Shown: positions 1 to 8,195 of the stretch, one piece after another
Layout of the letters: the number at the start of each line of letters is the position of its first letter
Position numbering within the stretch: position 1 is the first letter of the stretch
DNA from: an uncultured Desulfobacteraceae bacterium
GTDB lineage: Bacteria; Desulfobacterota; Desulfobacteria; Desulfobacterales; UBA5852
Direction of reading: 5' to 3'
Assembly (NCBI GenBank): GCA_942491115.1
Contig: CALNZV010000020.1
Coordinates: forward strand, 512,524-576,523
Length of the DNA stretch: 64,000 nt
Translations under genes and position numbers: made by a program
Notes under the pieces: model-generated
Databases searched by the model: none
Seen by the model: only the letters and a program-made list of their open reading frames with translations
What the model was told of the DNA's origin: nothing

Positions 1-24
1 TTCACCGTCGAAAGGGACGATTCC

Positions 25-546
25 ATGAAGTGGCACTGGCTGCCGATCCTGGCTCTTTGCCTGTTGAAATCAACGGCACTCGGAGCCGGCCCCACACCCG
101 GCGCGCAGCCGGCGGCCCCAGAGGGTCGGATGATCATCTCGCCGTCGGACCGATGCCCGGTCTGCGCGATGCTGCCGTCCCGGTTCCCGCGATTTGCAGC
201 GGCAATTCAATTGACGGACGGTGCCACCTACTATTTTTGCAGCCCGGGATGCATGATTACCGCCTGGCTCCGTCCGGAAGTGGTTCTGGGGATCCCCCCC
301 TCGAAGCGCCTCAGGGCCCTGGCCTCCGATTATTTCACCTCCCGTCATACCGATGCCGGGAATCTTCTGTGGGTGCCGGGTTCCGATGTGATCGGCCCGA
401 TGGGGCCGGCGGTGGTTCCACTGGGAACTGAAGAGGACATGCGCGCCTTCAGACGGCGGCACGGAGGATGGGTACCCTTCACCCTTGAAGATCTGACGAT
501 CGAACAGTGGGAGGCTATCCGGTCTGGAAGAGACCCCTCGCCATGA
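25..546 (+). CDS. NosL-family (Cu chaperone-like) secreted protein
   Basis: 173 aa. ATG at 25 with AAAGGGA upstream. Signal peptide MKWHWLPILALCLLKSTALGA. DRCPVCAM...YYFCSPGCM pattern typical of NosL-type proteins. Stop overlaps the next start (ATGA 543-546). Confidence 0.75.
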   Translation: MKWHWLPILALCLLKSTALGAGPTPGAQPAAPEGRMIISPSDRCPVCAMLPSRFPRFAAAIQLTDGATYYFCSPGCMITAWLRPEVVLGIPPSKRLRALASDYFTSRHTDAGNLLWVPGSDVIGPMGPAVVPLGTEEDMRAFRRRHGGWVPFTLEDLTIEQWEAIRSGRDPSP

Positions 547-902
547 ACGACCCTATTCTGCCAGCCGCGGATCCTCCCCGGGGCATCGCCACCAGGACCG
601 GAGACCGGATGGGACTCTCCGCGGCAATCGCCATCGGCGTCCTCGTCCTTGCCATCGCCGGAGCCGGCGCAGTCGGCATTCACATGGCGGCAACCGCCAA
701 TCGGAACTGGCCGGCAGTGCTCTCCCTGCAGGAGGCCACAGGCCTTTCAACTCCCGCCTGGAGTCCTAGCGGCCGACCATTGCGGATGCCGTCGGGGATG
801 ATCCCCGGCGTCGACCTTCGGTATGTTCCCGGGGTGCCTGCGGTGGCCCCTGCCTTGACGGATCCCACCTCCGCCCTGGTTGCTCGGGAGCCTGAAAGAT
901 GA
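543..902 (+). CDS. hypothetical single-pass membrane protein (Pro-rich C-terminal part)
   Basis: 119 aa from the ATG in the ATGA overlap at 543-546. One hydrophobic helix (LSAAIAIGVLVLAIAGAGAVGI). Ends in an ATGA overlap at 899-902. No recognisable domain. Confidence 0.5.
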   Translation: MNDPILPAADPPRGIATRTGDRMGLSAAIAIGVLVLAIAGAGAVGIHMAATANRNWPAVLSLQEATGLSTPAWSPSGRPLRMPSGMIPGVDLRYVPGVPAVAPALTDPTSALVAREPER

Positions 903-2056
903 TTCGGTTATCCCCTCCCCTCCTCTTGTGGGCCGTCCGGGACCTGATCCGCCGGCCGGTAGAATCCCTGATGCTGGTGGCCGCCCTGGGACTTTGCATC
1001 GCAATCACGGGAACGCCTCTCCTTTCCGCAGAGGCCCTCAGCCGATCCGTCGACGCCCTCATCTCCAAGGGGCCATCGGCCGTTCTCCGGAGGATTTCCC
1101 CCTTGGGGTGGGCGCCCCTTCCGCTTGAGGCGGTCGAGATCGCCGCATCCATCCCCGGCATCCTCTCCGTCAGACCACGCATATGGGGCGCGGTAATGGG
1201 GCCGGAGGGTCCCGTCACTATCATGGCCGCCGACGACCAATTGCTGGAGGGTCTCAGGCCCTTCGGCGCTGGGGATGGCCCCGAACCCGGCGAAGCCATT
1301 GCGGGCCGCCAGCTGCAATTCGCCGCCGGCCAGGGAAGGATCGAAATTCGGGGGGTCGATGGATATCGGTCTTTTCAGTTGAAGACCCTACTCGACGCCG
1401 GCGCGGACGCCGTTGCCTTCGATCTGGTCGTCTTGGACGAAACGGATGCCCGATTTCTTCTGGGCCTGCCCGACGGCCATGTCAGCGATCTGGCAGTGAA
1501 TGTCTACCATGAACAGGAACTGGCCGCCATGATGAGCGATCTGTCCTCCGGGTTTCCCTGGACGGTCGGCATCACTACCCGGGCGCAGACGCGCCGACAC
1601 TACCGCTCCTTCTTCGGCAGCCGATCCTCCCTGCAGACCGGGGCCGTGGCGTCGGCCGCCGTGGCCCTGGCCCTATTGGTGGCGACCACCCTTCGCGATC
1701 GCATCAAACGCCGGCGGGAGACCGGTCTTCTCAAGGCCTTCGGGTGGAGCACCTCCGATTTGGTCGCGGCGGAAGTGATCCGTTCCGGCGTTCTGGCCCT
1801 GAGCGCCGGCGCCCTCGGTGCCTGCCTGGCATATGGGGTCGTGTTCGGTTTTGGCACCCCATGGCTGACCGCACTTCTATTCGGATGGCAGGGCCCCATA
1901 CCCGAGATGGTGCTGACACCGAAGGGCGCCCTGGTGGTGATGATCGAAATCGCCGCCTGCATTCTCCTACCCTATCTGGCAGCTGCCGTCGGGCCGCTGC
2001 TGATATACGCCACCAAACCGGCCGAAGGATGGACCATCGACGACACGGGACCGTGA
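899..2056 (+). CDS. ABC transporter permease, FtsX/MacB/LolC-type
   Basis: 385 aa. N-terminal TM (LMLVAALGLCIAITG), a large extracytoplasmic segment, then a C-terminal 3-TM FtsX-like block (LLKAFGWSTSDLVAAEVIRSGVLALSAGALGA...). Translationally coupled on both sides. Confidence 0.8.
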   Translation: MIRLSPPLLLWAVRDLIRRPVESLMLVAALGLCIAITGTPLLSAEALSRSVDALISKGPSAVLRRISPLGWAPLPLEAVEIAASIPGILSVRPRIWGAVMGPEGPVTIMAADDQLLEGLRPFGAGDGPEPGEAIAGRQLQFAAGQGRIEIRGVDGYRSFQLKTLLDAGADAVAFDLVVLDETDARFLLGLPDGHVSDLAVNVYHEQELAAMMSDLSSGFPWTVGITTRAQTRRHYRSFFGSRSSLQTGAVASAAVALALLVATTLRDRIKRRRETGLLKAFGWSTSDLVAAEVIRSGVLALSAGALGACLAYGVVFGFGTPWLTALLFGWQGPIPEMVLTPKGALVVMIEIAACILLPYLAAAVGPLLIYATKPAEGWTIDDTGP

Positions 2057-2061
2057 TTGCT

Positions 2062-2730
2062 ATGGGATTTGCCCTCAAAGATGTCCACTTCACATACGGC
2101 CCCGAATCACCGGAAGCCTCGGCGGTATTGCGGGGGGTGAATGCCGTATTCCCCAGTGGCGCCATCGGCCTGGTCACGGGAGAAAACGGTTCAGGTAAAA
2201 CCACCCTTCTTCATCTTCTCGCCGGACTTCTCCGTCCGACCGAGGGTGAGGTCGAGGCCGACGGCCAACCGGTTTCGAGATGGACGGCCAGCCACAGAGA
2301 CCGGTGGCGACGCCGGGTGGGAATCGGATTTCAGCATCTGCGTCTTATCGGCGACCTCACCGCTCTGGAAAACGTCATGTTGCCCTCTCTGCCTCGGGAG
2401 CGATCCCTCAAGCCCCTCAGAGAGAGGGCCATGGCCGCCTTGGACAAACTGGAATGCGCCGACCTGGCATTTCGGTCAGCGGAGGGATTATCGGGAGGAG
2501 AACGCCAACGGATTGCCCTGGCCCGGGCGCTGGCTCACCACCCCCGTTACCTGATCGTCGATGAGGCGTTTTCCCATCAGGACGGGAAGGGGGCCGCATT
2601 GATCAAGACAGCCCTTGTCGGCATGGCCGAAAGGGGGGCCACCGTGGTGGCATCGGCCCACGGTTGCGAGCTCGAGTGGTGCCACCAGGCATTCCGGATT
2701 CGTCGACGAGCCCTGGAGCCCGTGAAATGA
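2062..2730 (+). CDS. ABC transporter ATP-binding protein (LolD/MacB-like)
   Basis: Walker A GENGSGKTT, signature LSGGERQR, Walker B YLIVDEA. ATG at 2062; an alternative GTG at 2053 overlaps the permease stop (GTGA 2053-2056). Confidence 0.9.
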   Translation: MGFALKDVHFTYGPESPEASAVLRGVNAVFPSGAIGLVTGENGSGKTTLLHLLAGLLRPTEGEVEADGQPVSRWTASHRDRWRRRVGIGFQHLRLIGDLTALENVMLPSLPRERSLKPLRERAMAALDKLECADLAFRSAEGLSGGERQRIALARALAHHPRYLIVDEAFSHQDGKGAALIKTALVGMAERGATVVASAHGCELEWCHQAFRIRRRALEPVK

Positions 2731-3755
2731 TCGCTCATCCGGTGGTCCTGGCCATACTGGTATCCGACGGTCTGGTCCTGGCCCTGGAAACCGGTGTGTT
2801 CCTGTTTTCGTTTCAGGCGTTGTTGAACTGGAATCCGGCATCTTCATCCAGGCGTCAGCTTCGTCTGGAGGCCATGCACGAATCGGCTGATGTGGCCGCC
2901 GGTTTTGCCTTCTGGCTCTTTGCCCTATCGACTCTGGCTCTTGGTGTGGCCGTGGCCGCACTGTTTCCGGACCTGGTTCCCGGAGCCATGTGCGGCACCG
3001 GCGTCCTCCAATCTATGGGAACGCCCGGTCCGGTGGCCCTCACTCTTCGGCTGGCGTCCCTCGCTCTTTTGTATTGCCGACGGGCGGCAATCAAACTCAA
3101 TCATTCCGATCCCAGATCTCCCGCCACCCTGTGGGATGCCCGATACCAGCTGGTCGTGTTTCCGGTGGTGGCCTGGGCTGTCGTGACCAGTGGGGGCGCC
3201 CTGACGGGAATGGACATGGAGCGGCCGGTCCATTGCTGTGCCGTCGTCTATGATGCGTTTCGCAGCATAGGGGCTGCGGGCCCCCGTGGGGAAATCCCGG
3301 ATGTCTTTCGCCTCTCGGCATTCGGTGGCTCATTCCTCCTCATCGGGTCCATTCCCCTCTATTTGGCCAGAAAAGGGACCCCAGGAATCCGTCAGGCCGC
3401 AGGCCTCCTGCTGTTGACCCTATTTTGGATGGCGGCATCGGCATCAGCCCTGGTCTATGTATTGTCGGCCTATGTGTATGAAGTCCTCCATCACCACTGT
3501 CCATGGTGCCTGTTTCTACCCATTCACCGGTCTATCGGCTTTCCTCTCTTCGCGGCCTGGATGCTGGCCGGAGCCGAATCCATGACCGCCTGCATGGCTG
3601 CAGTCCACCATAGGAGGTTTCCAGAACTCGAAGCGGTATCGTCCCGGCGATTTCGCTCTGCGGCACGGCGAACGGCAGGAGCCGCGGCCATCTTCTTCGC
3701 CATATCGTCGACACCCGCAGTGGTATGGCGGATTTGGTTCGGGGTCTGGCTGTAA
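2727..3755 (+). CDS. polytopic (~8 TM) membrane protein with conserved-looking Cys/His motifs, function unknown
   Basis: 342 aa from the ATG in the ATGA overlap at 2727-2730. About eight hydrophobic segments. Motifs MCGTG, HCCAVVYD and HHHCPWC lie in alternate loops. No family recognised. Confidence 0.7.
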   Translation: MIAHPVVLAILVSDGLVLALETGVFLFSFQALLNWNPASSSRRQLRLEAMHESADVAAGFAFWLFALSTLALGVAVAALFPDLVPGAMCGTGVLQSMGTPGPVALTLRLASLALLYCRRAAIKLNHSDPRSPATLWDARYQLVVFPVVAWAVVTSGGALTGMDMERPVHCCAVVYDAFRSIGAAGPRGEIPDVFRLSAFGGSFLLIGSIPLYLARKGTPGIRQAAGLLLLTLFWMAASASALVYVLSAYVYEVLHHHCPWCLFLPIHRSIGFPLFAAWMLAGAESMTACMAAVHHRRFPELEAVSSRRFRSAARRTAGAAAIFFAISSTPAVVWRIWFGVWL

Positions 3756-3837
3756 GACTATCGGATGGGGTGTATCAGGGGTTAACCCTCGTGAGTCGCT
3801 GGCCGTTCATGGGTGAGGGGCGGGGGGGGAGGGGAGA

Positions 3838-4047
3838 TCATGGATGGGCATTGGCGAGGCTATTGCTGGACGACGGCACCTCCCGATATTCGGGTCCGAG
3901 CCGGGGACCGGTGCGCCGATCGCTCATGATCCGCCTGTCCTTGCCGGAGCGCCGTTCCGGGATATGGCCGCTGTAAGTGTAAATGCGGCGGTCGATCCCC
4001 GATCGCCTTCCGCCATTGTCAGCAGGGTTCCCCCCCATGATCCACAT
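3838..4047 (-). CDS. small Arg-rich protein with tandem RRSGxDRR-type motifs (hypothetical)
   Basis: 69 aa (66 aa from the second ATG at 4038). Repeats: RRSGIDRR, RRSGKDRR, SDRRTG. GGAGAG precedes the ATGs and an AT-rich island lies upstream (4055-4180). No homology recognised. Confidence 0.35.
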   Translation of the reverse strand: MWIMGGNPADNGGRRSGIDRRIYTYSGHIPERRSGKDRRIMSDRRTGPRLGPEYREVPSSSNSLANAHP

Positions 4048-4087
4048 CTCTCCGGAAATTGTTGAAAAATAAACTCAATATTAGTAA

Positions 4088-4102
4088 GCAAATATCATTC
4101 CC
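4088..4102 (-). promoter_or_regulatory. possible sigma54-type -24/-12 element upstream of the small Arg-rich ORF
   Basis: Minus strand reads cgGGaatgatatttGCtt, i.e. GG-N10-GC with TTGCT at -12. It sits about 40-50 nt upstream of the ATG at 4047/4038. The match to the TGGCAC half is weak. Confidence 0.2.
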
Positions 4103-4545
4103 GGCTTTATCCCATATGGTGAATAAATATATCTAACCGATATTAAAGTGATTTTGATTTGAAGCGATAGGATCTGGATGTCGTCAGGGTCAATTCTTTT
4201 CCCAGGAGGCTGAAACCGGTTTCCTACTTTCAGCAATTCGGTTATCTAAAAAGGTCCAGAAGGCCCACAACGGTGGCCAATGGGTGCCGGATCGGATGCT
4301 GGGCAACGGTCTGAGCCTTGTCGGTCGCGTTCAGACGGTGGCAAGCCGGGGGTCTCAGATGGCTCGATCTTGCCGGTTCGCCGAGATCCGATTCAAGAAC
4401 GGTCCTCAGCGAGCGTCTTTACGGGGCCTTGGTGGCGAGTGTAGGCCAGTCGGAGAGCCGATGCCCAGAGGTCTACCAATACCCATACGGAAGGATTCTG
4501 CATCACCGCATTCAGCAATGGTTTGCCCACCGACGGGTAGAATTA

Positions 4546-4596
4546 CTAAAAAAAACAACCGGGTGCAGTGACGGCAAATCGGTCGTCTGCACCCGG
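4546..4596 (-). terminator. Rho-independent terminator after dctP
   Basis: Minus strand reads CCGGGTGCAG-(18 nt)-CTGCACCCGG followed by TTGTTTTTTTT (plus-strand A8 at 4548-4555). It starts 25 nt after the dctP stop. Confidence 0.6.
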
Positions 4597-4620
4597 CATG
4601 GGAGAGGGAAAATGACCGCC

Positions 4621-5724
4621 CTATTTCTTTAGAGCGTATTTTTCAGCGATCACATTGTAGTATGCATTTTCGGAGACCGATCCCCAAACGCCCACCTGGG
4701 CCTTGAATGTCTTGAATGCTTCATGAACCTTTCGGGACATGGCGTCTTTGTCAGCCTCTTCTTCAAGGGTTTCATCGGCCAGTTTGCGCAGGTCTTCCAT
4801 GAGCGGGTCCGGGAACCGCACCAGATTGACGTTGTGCTCCGAGATCAGGGTCTGCAAGGCGGCGCCGTTGCCGGCCTCGAATTCGGAAAGGCTCCACATG
4901 TTGGTTTCCGCCGCTACGGCGTCCACGATCGCCTGAAGATCTTTTGGCAGGGATTCGTAGGCCTTCTTGTTGAAAATAACCTCAAGGCATGTCCCCGGCT
5001 CGTGCCATCCAGGGTAGTAGTAATATTTGGCTGCTTTGTAAAATCCCATGCGAAGATCGTGCATCGGTCCGACCCATTCCGTGGCGTCGATGACCCCGCG
5101 CTCGAGGGAGGTGAAGATCTCCCCGCCGGGAAGAAGAACCACTGTCCCTCCGGCCTTGGCGATCACTTTGCCGCCCAGACCCGGGATGCGCATCTTCAAC
5201 CCCTTGTAATCGTCTATGGACTTCATCTCCTTTCGGAACCAGCCGCCCATCTGAACCCCCGTGTTGCCCTGGGGCCTGGGGATGACGTTAAAGGGAGCGT
5301 AAACCTCCTCCCACAACTGCAGTCCGCCGCCGCTGTAAAACCATGCGTTGATCCCCTGGGCGTTGAAGCCGAAAGGGACCGCTGCAAACCACTGGGCCGC
5401 CGGCACTTTACCGGCCCAGTAATATGAAGCGCCGCTGCCACATTCCACCGTTCCGTCGGAAACGGCGTCGAACACCCCCAGTGGGGGCACCAGCTCGCCG
5501 CCGGCGAACACCTGAATCTTCAGCCGCCCTTCGGAGACTTCCTCCACTCGCTTGGCAAACCGTTCCGCGCCGGTCTGAAGCACCGGCAGGTTGGGCGGCC
5601 AGGTGGAGACCATTTTCCACATGTACTTCTTCTGCGCGATGACCGCCGGAGCCGCCATCGTCGATGCCGCTGCCGCCGCCACGGCAGCAACACTCGTTTT
5701 TTTCAGGAAATCTCTTCTTTTCAT
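4621..5724 (-). CDS. dctP: TRAP transporter substrate-binding protein (DctP family, COG4663-like)
   Basis: 367 aa. Tat-like signal MKRRDFLKKTSVAAVAAAAASTMAAPAVIAQ. WKMVSTWPPNLPVLQTGAERFAKRVEEVSEGRLKIQVFAGGELVP is typical of TRAP solute receptors. AGGAAAGGAG RBS. Confidence 0.9.
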   Translation of the reverse strand: MKRRDFLKKTSVAAVAAAAASTMAAPAVIAQKKYMWKMVSTWPPNLPVLQTGAERFAKRVEEVSEGRLKIQVFAGGELVPPLGVFDAVSDGTVECGSGASYYWAGKVPAAQWFAAVPFGFNAQGINAWFYSGGGLQLWEEVYAPFNVIPRPQGNTGVQMGGWFRKEMKSIDDYKGLKMRIPGLGGKVIAKAGGTVVLLPGGEIFTSLERGVIDATEWVGPMHDLRMGFYKAAKYYYYPGWHEPGTCLEVIFNKKAYESLPKDLQAIVDAVAAETNMWSLSEFEAGNGAALQTLISEHNVNLVRFPDPLMEDLRKLADETLEEEADKDAMSRKVHEAFKTFKAQVGVWGSVSENAYYNVIAEKYALKK

Positions 5725-5788
5725 TTAGGGCTCCTTTCCTAGGTGGTGGTTGTCAGAGGAAAAACCCATCGACACGGTGAACGAAAGC

Positions 5789-5817
5789 ATCCTAATGATC
5801 TTGGACCATCGAATCAA
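5789..5817 (-). promoter_or_regulatory. candidate internal sigma70-type promoter for dctP
   Basis: Minus strand reads TTGATT-N17-TAGGAT inside the 192-nt dctM-dctP gap. Confidence 0.25.
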
Positions 5818-5916
5818 GCATTATTAAGTTAATAACCCGCCGTTGATCGATGAACATCGTTCAGTTTGTCGTGCTGGCGGATCTCCCCCACAGGATGACG
5901 GCGGTCTCGGCTCAGA

Positions 5917-7242
5917 TCAATTGCCGAAAACCACTTTCGGCAGCCAGGTAACGAGGGACGGGAAAAGGACGACGATTAGAAGCCCGATCAACTGAAAAAA
6001 GACAAAGGGGATGATACCCCGGTAGATATCACCGGTCTGAATTTCCGGCGGCGTCACCGCCTTCAGGTAGAAGAGAGAAAACCCGAAGGGCGGCGTCATG
6101 AAGGAGGTTTGAAGGTTGACGGCGATCAGGATGCAGAACCAGGCCGGGTCAAAGCCGAACTCGATCATAATCGGCGCCAGCACCGGGACGTGAATAAACG
6201 TGATTTCGATGAAATCCAGGAAAAATCCAATAACAAAGATGATACCCATGACGATGAAAAGCACGAACCACTTGCCATGGGTTTCGGCGATGCCCCCCAG
6301 GAACCCTCTGACCAGCTCGTCGCCCCCCATCCCCCGGAAGACAAGACCGAAGGCAGCGGCGCCCACCAGGATGATGAAGACCATACAGGTCAACTGCATG
6401 GTGGAGTCCATCACTTCTTTTAGAATCGTCAGGCTGAATTTTTTGTTGATAATCGTCAGGAAGGTCGCACCCACGGCCCCGACTCCGGCGGCTTCTGTGG
6501 GAGATGCGATGCCGGCGAAGATGGAGCCCAGAACGGCGAGCATCAGAAACAGGGGCGGGAACAAGGCACGGGTCACCTTCTTGAACAGGATCGACGGGGT
6601 GAGGGCGGCCAGTTCTGATTTGGGCGTTGCCGGAGCCCACTCCGGCCAGACCACGGCCGCGATAAGGATGTAGAGAATGTAGAGGCCCACCAGAACAAAA
6701 CCGGGCAGTACGGCGCCCATGAAAAGATCCCCTACCGGTACCCCGACGATGTCTCCGATCAGCACCAGTACGATGCTCGGGGGGATAATCTGCCCCAGGG
6801 TGCCAGAGGCGGAAACCGTCCCGGTGGCCAACTCCTTCCTGTATCCGCGTTTGAGCATGGTCGGAACGGCCAAAAGCCCCATGGTAACGACGGTAGCGCC
6901 GACAATGCCCGTCGAGGCGCCCAGTAGCGCCCCCACCACCACCACCGAAATGGCCAGACCGCCCCGCATTCGACCGAACAGTAGCCCCATGGTATTCAGC
7001 AAGTCTTCAGCGAGCCCCGACCGCTCCAACATGACTCCCATGAATACGAACAGGGGAACAGCCAGCAATGTGACGTTGGTCATGACCCCCCAGATGCGCA
7101 GCGGCAGCAGGTTGAAAAAGTCCCAGCCAAAGCCGATCAGCCCGAAGACCAAAGCGGTTCCCATGAGGGTAAAGGTGACGGGAAACCCCACCATCAGCAA
7201 AATGGTGAGCGCCAGAAACATCCAGCCCGGCAGGTATTCCAT
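5917..7242 (-). CDS. dctM: TRAP transporter large permease
   Basis: About 441 aa, highly hydrophobic multi-TM protein with DctM-like sequence throughout. ATG at 7242-7240 overlaps the dctQ stop (TGATG). Confidence 0.9.
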   Translation of the reverse strand: MEYLPGWMFLALTILLMVGFPVTFTLMGTALVFGLIGFGWDFFNLLPLRIWGVMTNVTLLAVPLFVFMGVMLERSGLAEDLLNTMGLLFGRMRGGLAISVVVVGALLGASTGIVGATVVTMGLLAVPTMLKRGYRKELATGTVSASGTLGQIIPPSIVLVLIGDIVGVPVGDLFMGAVLPGFVLVGLYILYILIAAVVWPEWAPATPKSELAALTPSILFKKVTRALFPPLFLMLAVLGSIFAGIASPTEAAGVGAVGATFLTIINKKFSLTILKEVMDSTMQLTCMVFIILVGAAAFGLVFRGMGGDELVRGFLGGIAETHGKWFVLFIVMGIIFVIGFFLDFIEITFIHVPVLAPIMIEFGFDPAWFCILIAVNLQTSFMTPPFGFSLFYLKAVTPPEIQTGDIYRGIIPFVFFQLIGLLIVVLFPSLVTWLPKVVFGN

Positions 7243-7772
7243 CAAGATTCTACCTCCGCCTCAGCATTTTTCCCAATGATGGTCAGAAAGCTCTTGAGTC
7301 CCAGAGAGATGCCCTGAAGGGTGATCAACCCAAACCCTGCGGGAATGCAGGCCTTGATGAGATACCGGTAGGGAATTCCGCCGGGGTCCGCGGATCCCTC
7401 CATGACGGCAAATGAGTTGCCGACGAACTTCCACGAAGTGACGATGACCATGTAGCAGCCGGGGAGCAGGAAAAACAGCACCCCCAGAAAATTGATCCAT
7501 GCCTTACCCTTGTCGCCAAAGCGCTGGTAGAAAATATCGACCCTGACATGACCGTCCTTGAGAAGGGTATAGCCGGCGCCCATAAGGAAAATGACGGCGA
7601 ATAGGTGCCATTCCAGCTCCTGGGTGAATACATAGCTCGTTTTGAATGCGTACCGCATCACGACATCGACGAAAACCACCAGGACGACCAGAGTGGTGAC
7701 CCAGGAGACCCCCTTTCCAACCCAGGTATTCAGAGTGTCGATCCACCGGCAAAGGGTCCGGATAAGCGCCAT
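7242..7772 (-). CDS. dctQ: TRAP transporter small permease
   Basis: 176 aa from the internal Met (MALIRTLCRWIDTLNTWVGK...). Four hydrophobic segments, located directly upstream of dctM. The longer ORF to 7832 has a non-native-looking N-terminus. Confidence 0.85.
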   Translation of the reverse strand: MALIRTLCRWIDTLNTWVGKGVSWVTTLVVLVVFVDVVMRYAFKTSYVFTQELEWHLFAVIFLMGAGYTLLKDGHVRVDIFYQRFGDKGKAWINFLGVLFFLLPGCYMVIVTSWKFVGNSFAVMEGSADPGGIPYRYLIKACIPAGFGLITLQGISLGLKSFLTIIGKNAEAEVES

Positions 7773-8195
7773 GGTTATTCCCTTTCTGACAAAAAAAAGC
7801 CGTCCGCTGTTGCGGGCGGCCGACGACGGCATCTTGGGTGACCGGCTGGGGATATGGGATCATGCAAAGGAGCACACCCTCGTTCATCGAAGTCGGAAAC
7901 CCTCAGTTCACAGGAGTATCCGCCGGTTCGGCTTGATGTTGGATAGAAATTGAGACTTCCATTTCGTATATTAGGGATTAAGATGGGTGTCAACCGGAGA
8001 CCGGTCGTTCGGGGGACCGACTGCCCAGATTCATTGACCTTCCCCCCCATTATTGAAGAGCACGCGACCCCGGCCCGGGCATGCCGCGTTCACCATTGCA
8101 GAGGGGTTTCCCGCGCATCCTTCGGGGAGACCGATACAGGGGAAAGATTCGTTGATGGACAGCGCTCCTCTCCGACCCCGACCGAGGATCACACG

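Noticed and set aside
25-3755. Interpretation as a nitrous-oxide reductase (nos) cluster
   Set aside because: Only a NosL-like protein is present. The ABC pair is FtsX/MacB-type rather than NosF/NosY-type. No nosZ, nosD or nosR is seen in the window.
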